DNA of 64,000 nt from positions 60 through 64,059 of the forward strand of contig JBAXUB010000004.1 in NCBI GenBank assembly GCA_037129895.1, read 5' to 3'. How positions within the stretch are numbered: the stretch's first letter is position 1; each line of letters starts with the position of its first letter. The stretch is from Candidatus Tayloriibacteriota bacterium (GTDB taxonomy: Bacteria > Patescibacteriota > Minisyncoccia > Phycocordibacterales > PALSA-1337). The notes beneath the pieces were generated by a model. It saw nothing but the letters and a program-made list of their open reading frames with translations, searched no databases and was not told the DNA's origin. Shown in pieces: positions 47,336 to 57,970 of the stretch. The position numbers and the translations under genes were made by a program.

Positions 47336-48112
47336 CTATGTTCTTACATATGAAAGTAGTATACGTAAGTATGCTTTGATGGTTCCTAGGTATGACCTAG
47401 GATATAGTTTGGAGTTGTTGCGCACAATTTCCAGAATTTCTCTGGCAGCAGTCAGACGTTTCGTTTTCGTAATGTTCTCACCGTGAATCCTGTACCCAGT
47501 CAAGACCTGAGGAATGTTAGTAAATTTGTGCTTTGTACCGATTTTGAGCCAGAGATCGTAGTCATCGCATATCTTGTACTCGGTTGAATAACCACCACAT
47601 TCGAGGGCGGCAGATTTTCGGTAGAGAAGGGAAGACTGTGCGAAAGGATTGTATTGAAGGACGATGTTCCTGATGAGTGAGTCGTAGATCGGGAATAGTA
47701 CTTTCTTTATCGGTTTTGAATCGACATCGATATGCATGATGCCACCACCGAGCATAGCGTAGTCTGAGTTCTCATCGAGAAATTCTACTTGTTTGCGGAG
47801 TTTTTCTCGGTCTAGCCAGATATCGTCAGAATCGAGAGGAGCGATATAGCGACCACGGGCGATAGAGAGGGCTTTGTTACGCGTCTTTGGGATTCCGAGG
47901 TTTGTTTGGTTTTTCACTATTTTCACACGTTCATCTGACAGGAATTCCGATGCGACCGCGACGGTCTTGTCCTTTGAGCCATCGTCGATGATTATCAATT
48001 CAAAGTCTGTGAATGATTGGTTCAATACACTTCGAATACTTTCCGCGATGAATTTCTCGCGGTTGAATGCCGGCATGATGACGGAGACTCGTGGTTCTGT
48101 ACTCATATTCAT
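47336..48112 (-). CDS. family 2 glycosyltransferase
   Basis: VSVIMPAFN...IIIDDGSKD. Confidence 0.8.
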   Translation of the reverse strand: MNMSTEPRVSVIMPAFNREKFIAESIRSVLNQSFTDFELIIIDDGSKDKTVAVASEFLSDERVKIVKNQTNLGIPKTRNKALSIARGRYIAPLDSDDIWLDREKLRKQVEFLDENSDYAMLGGGIMHIDVDSKPIKKVLFPIYDSLIRNIVLQYNPFAQSSLLYRKSAALECGGYSTEYKICDDYDLWLKIGTKHKFTNIPQVLTGYRIHGENITKTKRLTAAREILEIVRNNSKLYPRSYLGTIKAYLRILLSYVRT

Positions 48113-48137
48113 ATTCTAGGGCTTATCGAGGTGTAAA

Positions 48138-49235
48138 TCAAATGCGGGTCCAGGAGGGGGGACAAATATCTTTGAAGTTCTTTTCTCCTTTTAGTGTCCA
48201 GCGCTTTGGTGCGATGACTATTTTGTCTGGGTTTTCATTTAACCAAGCGCCCCACCAACTGAAAGTGGAGTTGGCGATGATGTTGTGTTTGCACTGAGAC
48301 ATGAGGATGAGTTCTTCATAGTCCGGGATTTCTGGGGATGAGACATAGGTAACGGGGTATTTGAGCGGCATATTCTGTTTGACCCATTCTATGTCGTCTG
48401 AAAAAACGAAAACGTGGATATTCGAACCAATTTTTGAAGTTATGTATTTGATAGCTTTGGAATAATATTCAGGACCGCATGTGCCGTGATATTTGTTAGT
48501 TTTTTGGTCAGAAACGTAGTCGCCGCGGCGGATGTGAATTGAAATACTATTAATCAATGATCCTATCTCAATGGCGAACTTTTTGGCTGCCGATCGTAAT
48601 GGATTTATTAGTGTGAATTCTTTTTTGATGTTGTTTTCAATGCTTTTAAAATATTTCTCATTCTGCCAGTAGCCTTTTTCTTTTATTCCGAGCTTTACTA
48701 GGAATCTATTTAGGTGATCTTTTAATGGGTGTGCGAAGTTGGAGAATCGTGTCGCAGTTTCGAGGTTGAAGTGGTTCAGTTTGAATTCTCTACGCGTATC
48801 AATATTTTTTAATATTTCTTTTGATGCATGTGATAGTTGGCCTCTTGGTTGAAAATCTTTTCTGATCTGCTCGGCAAAATCGGCAAAATATTTCTCACTC
48901 TGCCAATAACCATCTAGATAGATGTTACCCTTTTTTCGTATTATAGATGGTATAAATTTTATATTGTCGATTCTCATTAGTGTCTTCATTTTATTCAATA
49001 ATTTGCCCATCATGATTCCTAATGGGTATTTTAGCGATTTGATATCTGAGTCTTTTGCTATGTTTTCGACAATCTTAAAATTGTTCAGACCATATGGTCT
49101 ATCTGTCACTTGCCTATCTGCCCACTGTGCTAGATCAAGTTCCAGAACGTCGTTGTTACGCAACGATAGTGCACGTCCACAAGCATACTGAAACATCTGA
49201 TTGCCTAGGCCAGCTTTTATTTTGATTATGATCAT
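48138..49235 (-). CDS. GT11 alpha-1,2-fucosyltransferase-like protein with internally duplicated motif II
   Basis: GLGNQMFQYA, two GYWQ(S/N)EKYF repeats, HIRRGDY, VFSDD. Confidence 0.65.
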   Translation of the reverse strand: MIIIKIKAGLGNQMFQYACGRALSLRNNDVLELDLAQWADRQVTDRPYGLNNFKIVENIAKDSDIKSLKYPLGIMMGKLLNKMKTLMRIDNIKFIPSIIRKKGNIYLDGYWQSEKYFADFAEQIRKDFQPRGQLSHASKEILKNIDTRREFKLNHFNLETATRFSNFAHPLKDHLNRFLVKLGIKEKGYWQNEKYFKSIENNIKKEFTLINPLRSAAKKFAIEIGSLINSISIHIRRGDYVSDQKTNKYHGTCGPEYYSKAIKYITSKIGSNIHVFVFSDDIEWVKQNMPLKYPVTYVSSPEIPDYEELILMSQCKHNIIANSTFSWWGAWLNENPDKIVIAPKRWTLKGEKNFKDICPPSWTRI

Positions 49236-49245
49236 GATTGGTAAG

Positions 49246-50421
49246 TTATATTACCACACTTAGTATCTTATCTATACCAGCTATTGCATCACCTATTGAT
49301 ATTGAGCCGATGGATGGATGGATACCGTCGGTTTTCAGACCTCTAGCATTCTCCCATGTTCCTAGCTGACCGCGCCAGGATTTATTATAAACGGCAATAT
49401 TTTTCTCCCGGTTACCATAGGGGAAAAATCTCGATAATCCACCGCTACCGACTATAGCAACTGTCGGTGTGCCCACCGCAATCGCAAGGTGTAGTATTCC
49501 TGTATCGCTACCGAAATAGAAGCATGATTTCCTCAATAGATGTGCTAATGTCGCTAGATCCGTCTGGTTTACCAGATTTATAATATTTTTACTACCAATT
49601 GAAAGCTGGATTACTGTATTTATAAAACCGGCATCTTTGGGCCCTCCGCACATGACTGGCACAATATCCCTACCTTCTAAATATCTTATAAGCTCGGCCC
49701 ATTTTTCCGGTTGCCAAATCTTATATGTAGCACCTGAACTAGGGAAGATGATTGCGAATTTTACATTTCTAAGGTTGTTTGAGTTGAGTAATTGATCCGC
49801 ATGAATAGATGAAAGCATATCCGTGTTTATGGTCGGGAAAGATGGTTCGAATTTTGTACCAGAGACCTCATTTGCAAAATAGACATCTCGGTCAAGTTCG
49901 AGTGTTATGTTTGCTGGAGGCGAGATCAATTTTGTATAAATATTATTGCCTCTAATTTTAGCCTTTAACCCTTGCACGCTGGGATCACCATTGAAACCTA
50001 TTCTCTCCTTCGCACCTGTCATCTTTATCATCTTGTCGCCAATCGTTTCTCTCGAGTATACAGGGTATAGAGCGAAATCGTATCCTGTGCGCTTCAGGTC
50101 TAGCATGAAATTACAACGGTATTTGAAATCACAAGAGAACGATCTGTGATCAAACCATATAATCTTGTCTACCAAATTATTTCCAAGAAGGGGCATAAGG
50201 GAATTGAAATACTTTGGGAATATCAGCGTGATTTCAGCATCCTTGTAATGATCACGATATGCCTTTAGGGTTGGATAAAATAGAATACAATCGCCCAGTC
50301 CGTCCTTGCGGATGATCAGAACTCGTTCCTTTTGATCAACTGACTTGATTTGTGCCGATACGAATAAGCTAGAAATATTGATCAAAGAATTTACAATGAT
50401 TTTGGCTATCGATTTAAGCAT
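49246..50421 (-). CDS. GT9-like (heptosyltransferase family) glycosyltransferase
   Basis: RVLIIRKDGLGDCIL motif. GT-B-like length. Confidence 0.5.
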   Translation of the reverse strand: MLKSIAKIIVNSLINISSLFVSAQIKSVDQKERVLIIRKDGLGDCILFYPTLKAYRDHYKDAEITLIFPKYFNSLMPLLGNNLVDKIIWFDHRSFSCDFKYRCNFMLDLKRTGYDFALYPVYSRETIGDKMIKMTGAKERIGFNGDPSVQGLKAKIRGNNIYTKLISPPANITLELDRDVYFANEVSGTKFEPSFPTINTDMLSSIHADQLLNSNNLRNVKFAIIFPSSGATYKIWQPEKWAELIRYLEGRDIVPVMCGGPKDAGFINTVIQLSIGSKNIINLVNQTDLATLAHLLRKSCFYFGSDTGILHLAIAVGTPTVAIVGSGGLSRFFPYGNREKNIAVYNKSWRGQLGTWENARGLKTDGIHPSIGSISIGDAIAGIDKILSVVI

Positions 50422-51241
50422 TTTTCTTAAATATTATCTGAATGTTACCAAACTCTTTGGCTTTGGAAAAGTTATGTTCGCCAGTCCTGTTAAATAGAGT
50501 TATACCGTAGTAAAAATTTAATAAAATATTCTTTATCATAGCTATGATGGGCAAAGTATTGGACTGTAGAGAAGAAATCATTTTGTTATACGTACCCTCT
50601 TTTTTTTCCCAAAAAATATCGACATTTATTAGTGTTGCACTATTTTGTAGTGATGTGTCAATAATTCTAGACACATATTTATGATCAAATCGGTATTGGA
50701 AAAATGTTTTTTCACCATCTGTAAATTGATTCGTATAGAATGTATCCTCGGACCATTCTTCCGTATATTTCTTTGATACGGGGAATGTAATGTAGACATA
50801 TCCGCCTGGTTTGGTGACGCGTAGCATTTCAATGATAGCCATTTCATAAGACCTATAAATGTGTTCGATGACACTGACAGAACATGTTAGGTCGAAGGTA
50901 TTGTTAGGTATGGTTAGGTGAGTTGCGTCTTCGATGGCAAAGGACAAATTGTGGTTTTCTTTAATAAATCTTTTTTCTGACTCGTCAAGGTTAGTCTTTA
51001 ATACTATATTTTCGGCAGATAGAATATATGAAATAATGTGGGGTGATGATACGTCGAGCACATTTAAGTTATATAGGTTATTAGTTCTCAGGAATTTCAG
51101 CAGGTATGAAACTTCAATGTATCTAACAGCATCAAATGGTCTGAGGATTAGACCGATTTTGCTAGTAAGGGAAGGTAGCAAAATGCTTGCTCTGTAAGCG
51201 CGCAGCGTACTACGTATAATATCTAGATTTGATATTTTCAT
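50414..51241 (-). CDS. class I SAM-dependent methyltransferase
   Basis: VLDVSSP...CSVSVIEHI pattern. Confidence 0.45.
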   Translation of the reverse strand: MKISNLDIIRSTLRAYRASILLPSLTSKIGLILRPFDAVRYIEVSYLLKFLRTNNLYNLNVLDVSSPHIISYILSAENIVLKTNLDESEKRFIKENHNLSFAIEDATHLTIPNNTFDLTCSVSVIEHIYRSYEMAIIEMLRVTKPGGYVYITFPVSKKYTEEWSEDTFYTNQFTDGEKTFFQYRFDHKYVSRIIDTSLQNSATLINVDIFWEKKEGTYNKMISSLQSNTLPIIAMIKNILLNFYYGITLFNRTGEHNFSKAKEFGNIQIIFKKNA

Positions 51242-52146
51242 TGTATCAATCGATTAAGATTATTTAGAAAATATTTGATTCTGTTGTATAAAGATGTCAT
51301 AAATATTTTTTCAATAAGAATAGCATCAGCTTCTCGGTCTACTATTACTGAAGATGGGTGTTTGATCACACCCTCTATCTCATGTGTTGGACAACGATGG
51401 GGGTTGTTGTCTGTCGTGTGAGTAGCATCTTTTCCAAAGCCGATATTGTCAACTAAATTAAAGTTAGGGCTTATTACTATTCCTTGATTTAGGAGAATAC
51501 TATATTGCCATTGTGCATCCCACGTATCTACAGAATGACTTTCGATGTGTTTGAAATGTCTTATAAAATATCGGAGGTATTTTTCCTTTGTAAATAATGC
51601 ACCATACGTATTCAAATTGTTTGACAATTTATCGATATTTTTCATGTCGACATCGTAAAGTCTCCATGCTCTATTCCAGCTGGCCCAGCCCCACCCCATT
51701 ACACACCTAGAGAATCGGTAGGTAGATGTAGGATCTGAAATTTCTTCTGGCAAAAGGAAGTCTGTGCCATTTATAGCCAATATTTCCGGATTGTCCCTGT
51801 ACCGTTCTAACATTTTTGTGCAAAATGAAAAAAAAGATATGTTTGGTAAACAGTCATCTTCTAGGACGATGCCCTCGGCTACCTGATTGAAGAACCAGGA
51901 CATTGCATAGGATTCATGCAGTTTGCAACCCATATTATGATCTTGAAATCTAGTAGTCACTTCACATGGCCAGTCAACATCTCTTATAATGCCCCTAGTT
52001 TCTTCACAGAGCATATCTTCACCAACGCGAGTTGTTCTGGGGCCATCAGCGGCAATAAACAATTTTTCAGGACGAACTTCGCGTATTCGTGCAAATACTT
52101 TTCTCGTATTAACTGGCCTATTAAAAATAATTAGAAGTATATTCAT
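51238..52146 (-). CDS. GT-A fold glycosyltransferase (GnT-I/GT13-like)
   Basis: N-terminal ILLIIFNRP...AADGP motif. Confidence 0.35.
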   Translation of the reverse strand: MNILLIIFNRPVNTRKVFARIREVRPEKLFIAADGPRTTRVGEDMLCEETRGIIRDVDWPCEVTTRFQDHNMGCKLHESYAMSWFFNQVAEGIVLEDDCLPNISFFSFCTKMLERYRDNPEILAINGTDFLLPEEISDPTSTYRFSRCVMGWGWASWNRAWRLYDVDMKNIDKLSNNLNTYGALFTKEKYLRYFIRHFKHIESHSVDTWDAQWQYSILLNQGIVISPNFNLVDNIGFGKDATHTTDNNPHRCPTHEIEGVIKHPSSVIVDREADAILIEKIFMTSLYNRIKYFLNNLNRLIQ

Positions 52147-53027
52147 GATCTGTTTTCTTCGTTTGCCACGAAGCTATCTGCTATTTCAGCATCTGATTCA
52201 TGAAAGGCAGCAACGTCATAATATGGGCATGTACCTTTTCTGTTGGTAATATATCGATCTAGTTGTTTCAATATTCTTTCTTCATTTGTTTTTGTTGAGA
52301 TTAGGAATCGTCCGTAGTTGTCATAAAATGCTAACATTGAATATCCTAAAGATTTCAAATATTTAAAGATATCCGTTGGTCTTTCACCTGTTTTGTCTAG
52401 GTAGACGTTGTCGTATTCGAAGAAAATGATTGGTTTTATCTGCTGTAAAAACCTATAAGATCCTCGCATTATTCGAAAATCATATCCATCTGTATCAATC
52501 TTCAAAAGTTTTGATCTTCCAACATTTGGGTTGTCCATTATAAGCGAATCAAGACTGATAAAATTGATATCATTGTTTCTATTCAGATTATGGCCAGTTT
52601 CTAGCCTGAGACTACCATTGTTCTTGTCAAAATTGATGGAAAGTGACTCATTTTTATCACTCAGGAATACTTTGTATAGATGTGTCTGTTTATTGCTTGC
52701 AAAATTTCTACTTAGTAGTTTAAATGCTTCGACGTCTCCCTCAATGCAATATATGTTGTAATTACCATTGTCCGTAAGAAGCATCGCAGCTGTATCACCA
52801 AAATTCGCTCCGACGTCGATAATAGATAAGTTTTTGTATTTTGTGTCGACTATGTTTGCGATACGAATGAGGGCTGTGCCATGATCAGGGAATTTTTTTA
52901 TAATGTAAGGTTGACTATTTTCTGGATCAACCGACAAGACAAAATTACCTATTCGGGTTTTCTTTCCAGTAATGCGCTGAATAGTCTTATAAACAGTCCT
53001 CATCGATTTGTAAATTATATTTGTCAT
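52143..53027 (-). CDS. FkbM-family methyltransferase
   Basis: IIDVGANFGDTAAML motif. Confidence 0.65.
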   Translation of the reverse strand: MTNIIYKSMRTVYKTIQRITGKKTRIGNFVLSVDPENSQPYIIKKFPDHGTALIRIANIVDTKYKNLSIIDVGANFGDTAAMLLTDNGNYNIYCIEGDVEAFKLLSRNFASNKQTHLYKVFLSDKNESLSINFDKNNGSLRLETGHNLNRNNDINFISLDSLIMDNPNVGRSKLLKIDTDGYDFRIMRGSYRFLQQIKPIIFFEYDNVYLDKTGERPTDIFKYLKSLGYSMLAFYDNYGRFLISTKTNEERILKQLDRYITNRKGTCPYYDVAAFHESDAEIADSFVANEENRS

Positions 53028-53031
53028 GTTA

Positions 53032-53766
53032 TTAAATTTTCTTTATAAACCAAAAACATCCGCAAGCATATGATTCCTCACCGATATCTTCAGATGATGC
53101 GTTTCTGATTATACTACCATCGTGTTCCTTGATCAGGGCAAACTCTCTTAGTTCTAAATCATTGAATATTGATAGTACCTGCTCATGCGAGTATATGCGA
53201 TGAGCATTAAACTCTATCTTTGGAACTTTTCCAATAGGCGTGACGAACAGTAGGGAACCATTTATGGCAAGAACTCGTTTTAGTTCGCTGATTGCCTTGA
53301 TGTCACCATTTGGATCGATCGGATCGCCATAACGCCCCAAGCCAACATGTTCAATAGTGTGCATGCATGATATAGAATTAATACTGTTTTCAACAAAGGG
53401 GAGCGACATGAGATCGGCCTTTTTGGTTGTCAGGTTATCAAGCTTCAAGTTAGCTGGTCGGTAATCGTAGAAATCTATCGGTATAAAAGCAGAAGTTATC
53501 GCACTAAAATATAGGCTCGAAGAGATATCAATATGTTTTGCAGGTTTTGTGATAGCCAGTATTCTCGCAGCCCATGCTGTATGATATATATAATGACGAT
53601 CAAAACCTGTCTGGATAGTTTTGTCTCTAATTTGAGGATAGAAATCTCTGAAACGCACGGCAAATCTATCACCAGATATGCTATCCAGTTTTTTATAGGA
53701 AAAATAGTCCTTTAGGATAAAAGGGGAGAATAATATTCTTATAAGTTTCTTGATAAATGCTTTCAT
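53032..53766 (-). CDS. DUF268-like SAM-dependent methyltransferase
   Basis: IEHVGLGRYGDPIDPNGD motif. Confidence 0.45.
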   Translation of the reverse strand: MKAFIKKLIRILFSPFILKDYFSYKKLDSISGDRFAVRFRDFYPQIRDKTIQTGFDRHYIYHTAWAARILAITKPAKHIDISSSLYFSAITSAFIPIDFYDYRPANLKLDNLTTKKADLMSLPFVENSINSISCMHTIEHVGLGRYGDPIDPNGDIKAISELKRVLAINGSLLFVTPIGKVPKIEFNAHRIYSHEQVLSIFNDLELREFALIKEHDGSIIRNASSEDIGEESYACGCFWFIKKI

Positions 53767-53778
53767 TGGTAAAGTTTA

Positions 53779-54597
53779 CTATTTTACATAATCACCCCTA
53801 GACTTCGCGAATCGGAATTGGTAATTGCTGCCGTCGATAGCATTGTAGGGCCATATGACAGAGAAAGGTTTGTCGAAACAGGCGGCGATAGCTGAACCAC
53901 CGGAAAATGTTCCAATGAATCTCTTGCATGAATATATCATATCGACGTATTTGAATAAATCTTGTTTTAAGGTATCGACGTATTGAATCTGAGAAGTCGA
54001 ATCTAAATATTTTTTAGCTTCTTTTTCAAAAGCATTCTTTTTATATAGCCAACCAAATTTTTTTCCACTGATCATATTTTTGTCGATCAATATCACTTTA
54101 GTAAAATCATCCAATATTCTTGGTTTATAGTATAGCCTAGGTAAGCCAGTACCGGTTACATCGAATTGTTTTTCTAGCCTCTCTATAGCATTTAGACCTC
54201 CCTTATCAAATATAAAATTTATGATGTTTTTTTCTGATTCAAAGACATCTAATTTGAAATATTTATCAGCCTGTTCGAAACCTCTAAAAAAAGGGTTCTT
54301 TTCAAAGCAAAGGTTAAGTGTGTCTGGATTACGAAATACAGACCTACTCTCATCCGATAAATAGAAGTCGATATCGAATGTTTCCTTTAGTAATTGGGGA
54401 AGTGTGCTCCAAATCAAACTATCACCAATACCGCCAAAAGATATATCGACTATGATCTTTTTTTCTTTTTTTATGTTCTCTATTTGTCGGTAATAGTTTT
54501 CTCTTCTATCTCGCTCCGTAAGTAACGCTTGAAATCTTGTAATTATACTATATATCATTATTAGTGAATGTCGTATTCTAGGAAATTGTTTGATCAT
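53779..54597 (-). CDS. hypothetical glycan-cluster protein
   Basis: ORF within the glycosylation island. No motif assigned. Confidence 0.3.
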   Translation of the reverse strand: MIKQFPRIRHSLIMIYSIITRFQALLTERDRRENYYRQIENIKKEKKIIVDISFGGIGDSLIWSTLPQLLKETFDIDFYLSDESRSVFRNPDTLNLCFEKNPFFRGFEQADKYFKLDVFESEKNIINFIFDKGGLNAIERLEKQFDVTGTGLPRLYYKPRILDDFTKVILIDKNMISGKKFGWLYKKNAFEKEAKKYLDSTSQIQYVDTLKQDLFKYVDMIYSCKRFIGTFSGGSAIAACFDKPFSVIWPYNAIDGSNYQFRFAKSRGDYVK

Positions 54598-55286
54598 GAT
54601 ATTTTTTTAATGATACAGACGATTTGTGCTAAAATATTTGGATTCATTGTTTGATCGATGGCTTCGTATCTTAGTATAAATGGTCTCAGTAATCGAGGTT
54701 TAACACTCTTTTTTATCAACCAATGGTAAGTTTTTATAATTATGCTAGTTATTATGTTAGGTTTGTGTCTAGGACCGTGTGTGTATAAATTATAATCATA
54801 GCCATCATCTTGGAGAGATAATTTCATGATTTTACTATTTGGCAATGATTGAGCCATGTCGAGGACATTGATCGAAGCATTAGACCAACTTTTTGATTTT
54901 GAAATTGTGAAAGTTGCCTTATGATCAGGATTGAATCTGCTTGGAAATACACCTTGTTCATATAAATCTTCGTCTGGAACTGCAAAAAAAATATATCCTC
55001 CAGTTTTTACCAGTTTCCACCAATCTTTTAGCACTTCTTGTGGTTCAATCATATGTTCAAGACAATGAGATGCGTATACAAAATCAAATTGATCGTGAAT
55101 GTATCTAGATATGTTGTTGGCGTCGCCGTCTTGCATATCAAAAGTTCGCACATTTGGAAGCACAGGATCATTTGCCGGTCCAATATCGATACCTTTTCCT
55201 TTGAGAGCCAGTTCTTCAATGGACCCCTTTAGCCATAATCTTTTTGATTTTGATGTTTCGTTCATATGTTTGTTTATTATACACAA
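54594..55286 (-). CDS. class I SAM-dependent methyltransferase (type 11-like)
   Basis: YASHCLEHM...GGYIFFAVPDE. Confidence 0.55.
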   Translation of the reverse strand: MCIINKHMNETSKSKRLWLKGSIEELALKGKGIDIGPANDPVLPNVRTFDMQDGDANNISRYIHDQFDFVYASHCLEHMIEPQEVLKDWWKLVKTGGYIFFAVPDEDLYEQGVFPSRFNPDHKATFTISKSKSWSNASINVLDMAQSLPNSKIMKLSLQDDGYDYNLYTHGPRHKPNIITSIIIKTYHWLIKKSVKPRLLRPFILRYEAIDQTMNPNILAQIVCIIKKIS

Positions 55287-55307
55287 AATGTTAAAAAGCT
55301 AATACCT

Positions 55308-56531
55308 TCATCGGAAAACTTTGTTAATAATCCTATTAAGTTTCTTGTATATTCTTTTTAGAATGAACATTTTAGACCCCCTCTTTGTTAATGAAAGTCT
55401 TTGTAGTGATCGGGCTTCAATCTCCTTGATTGTCAGTCCATCTATCCCATCTTGGCAGCGAAGTAAACCTTCTTTTACGAACCAACTATCAATATTTTGA
55501 TTCTCAGAAATGCCAAAGTATTTTTTGGCTTCATTGTATTCATTCTGACATAGAAGAATGTAGGCTAACCAGAGGGCGTCGTAAGGGTTTAGATTATTTG
55601 TATCTGATGACTTGATCACATTTATTTGATTTTGTTTTACATTTCTTTGTATTAGAGTCCGATAATTATCTGCTAGGAAATTCCTATGATATATTAGTGT
55701 CTCAATAATGTTGTCATCACTATTGATATCGAATTTTAATATTAGTTTTTTTACATCATCACTAAAGAGATACAGATGTTCGACGAGAATAAATAACCAG
55801 TTCAAATTCAATTTGCCTGATTCATACTCTCGCATGTAATATGACTTATTGTAGTTAATCCTATGTAGATATACTGAGTTCGGACACACATATGCCGTCA
55901 AATCATTTGATAAAAAACGATATGCGAACCCTTGGGTATCAAAGCCGTGATGAGTTGGATAGCCACCGGTCATGACAAAAGCTACTTTTGTAAACATGAA
56001 TGTTGAATACAGCGAACAGAGTGATTGTCCTCGTTTTTGAAATAGGCTTTCAAAAGGAACGATATTGTTGATCGATCCAAAATTAGTTGTCTCAATTACA
56101 TTATTCTGGCTCTTGCCTTGAAAAGTTATTGAAGTACTTATGCCGATACCGTCACATTTCTTTTTTATAATCATCTCAACCATATTTCCTAAAGTTCCTG
56201 GGTATAAAATATCATCGCTGTCAAGACAAAAAAATATGTTACTTGCAGATGATTCAACTGCAGTATTTCTAGTAGCTCCTCCACCAAGATTGACTTCATG
56301 AGAGAAGCATTTTATGTGTGGATATTGTATCGCAAGCTTATCCATCAAGGTGCGCGTACTGTCAGTGGACGCATCATCGACCAGTATTACGTCATAATCA
56401 ATATTTATATTCTGCTTGTACACAGATGCGACAGCTTCTTCAAGTGTTTTTTCGCAATTATAGCAAGCAATAATTATTGAAAGCCTAGGTTCATTTGCGG
56501 GGCTGTTATTTAATTTTGATTGTAATGGCAT
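55308..56531 (-). CDS. family 2 glycosyltransferase with C-terminal helical repeat domain
   Basis: LSIIIACYN...ILVDDASTDST. Confidence 0.75.
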   Translation of the reverse strand: MPLQSKLNNSPANEPRLSIIIACYNCEKTLEEAVASVYKQNINIDYDVILVDDASTDSTRTLMDKLAIQYPHIKCFSHEVNLGGGATRNTAVESSASNIFFCLDSDDILYPGTLGNMVEMIIKKKCDGIGISTSITFQGKSQNNVIETTNFGSINNIVPFESLFQKRGQSLCSLYSTFMFTKVAFVMTGGYPTHHGFDTQGFAYRFLSNDLTAYVCPNSVYLHRINYNKSYYMREYESGKLNLNWLFILVEHLYLFSDDVKKLILKFDINSDDNIIETLIYHRNFLADNYRTLIQRNVKQNQINVIKSSDTNNLNPYDALWLAYILLCQNEYNEAKKYFGISENQNIDSWFVKEGLLRCQDGIDGLTIKEIEARSLQRLSLTKRGSKMFILKRIYKKLNRIINKVFR

Positions 56532-57270
56532 GTCCGTTTATGTTGTAGATTGTTAGTCTATCACTGAGCCTCTTGCTTTCTTCTACAAACTTGGTTATAC
56601 CATCACAGCCTAGAAAACCATAATCATCATAGACAATAATGCCACCAATGCAGAGTCTAGGCCAAATCCAATTAACTATATCTTTTGCAGACTGGTAAAC
56701 ATCGACGTCGATATGACAAAAGCGAAATTCTTTTCCTAAGACCAGTTCTTTTGTTTCTTCTGGAAAGATACCCTTAAGGATCTTTATATTTTTGAGTCCA
56801 TTGGCATTTATCAAATTCTGAACTAATTCGAGTGATGTATCATCGTGTTCGCCACCTTTATACTCCGTATCTTCATTGCTAGCCTTGACAACCCCTGTAA
56901 ATGTATCACAGAGATATACCGGGTCTGTTATCTTGCTTATAATGGCACTCTTTGCAATTATTATACCAGTACCTCCACGCCAAACACCGATTTCAATTAT
57001 GGCTCCGTGGAGTTTTGAACTTTCTTTGACAAGCTGCCATAATTCATAACATCGGTACTTATCTACTAGGGTATTACTTTTGGCACTTTCATAAATACTG
57101 ATGAATGATTGATCGAGAAGCCACGGGGCATAAGAACTAGCTGTAAATATTTTTTCATACCCCTTTTCTACTATCGTCTTGTTACTAATGCGTGAAAATG
57201 ACATGTTGTAGCCGAATAAAGCTGCAAATTTATTGATCGTCCTTTTTATACCGCGAAATATTTTTTTCAT
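56506..57270 (-). CDS. TylF/MycF-family O-methyltransferase
   Basis: IIEIGVWRGGTG motif. Confidence 0.6.
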   Translation of the reverse strand: MKKIFRGIKRTINKFAALFGYNMSFSRISNKTIVEKGYEKIFTASSYAPWLLDQSFISIYESAKSNTLVDKYRCYELWQLVKESSKLHGAIIEIGVWRGGTGIIIAKSAIISKITDPVYLCDTFTGVVKASNEDTEYKGGEHDDTSLELVQNLINANGLKNIKILKGIFPEETKELVLGKEFRFCHIDVDVYQSAKDIVNWIWPRLCIGGIIVYDDYGFLGCDGITKFVEESKRLSDRLTIYNINGHAITIKIK

Positions 57271-57280
57271 ATCAGGTTTA

Positions 57281-57970
57281 TTACTTATGTTTAAATATCC
57301 TAAAACCGATGCTAGCGGGTTGGTCTAGTTGAACAACTTTTTCCCATAAATGACTCTGTTCTATTACAGGTTGAACCTGGGCTGTTTTTGCACTATTCCA
57401 ATCATGCAATGCTATTATTGATCCAGATTTAAAATATTTAAGAAAGAAATTATATTGATCCAGAGTTTCTCTACTATCATTGGAGCCATCAAGAAATAGC
57501 ATAATTTTACAATTGTTCTTGTTTAGGAAGTCAAAAAATACGTCTGGCGAATTACTGTGAATGAATTCTACGTATCTACGATTGCTTTTTATAAATCTAG
57601 AATATCTCATAACTGCCTTATTATAAAGACCTATATCGCTTTCAATAGTGATCAACTTGCCTTTGTTGTTATCTCTCAGTGCTTTCGAAAGAAAATAAGT
57701 ACTACCTCCTCCCGTATATGTGCCGATTTCAAAGCAATAGTCTGGCTTTTCATTGATGACTACGTCATAAAGTGCTTTTCTTTCGGCCATGTACATCTGT
57801 CCTGGTAAAAAGAGGGAACCTTCAAAAAATACCCGGTCCTTCCTACTGATAAACCATCTATAAAACGATAGATAGAATACCTTTTGAAAGTTACTCAATA
57901 CCCAAAAATTGATTTTTAGTTTTTCACTTATTTTCATAATGATCGTATTGGTTCCGCCACAAGGAAACAT
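57281..57970 (-). CDS. class I SAM-dependent O-methyltransferase (CmcI-like)
   Basis: CFEIGTYTGGGSTYF motif. Confidence 0.45.
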   Translation of the reverse strand: MFPCGGTNTIIMKISEKLKINFWVLSNFQKVFYLSFYRWFISRKDRVFFEGSLFLPGQMYMAERKALYDVVINEKPDYCFEIGTYTGGGSTYFLSKALRDNNKGKLITIESDIGLYNKAVMRYSRFIKSNRRYVEFIHSNSPDVFFDFLNKNNCKIMLFLDGSNDSRETLDQYNFFLKYFKSGSIIALHDWNSAKTAQVQPVIEQSHLWEKVVQLDQPASIGFRIFKHK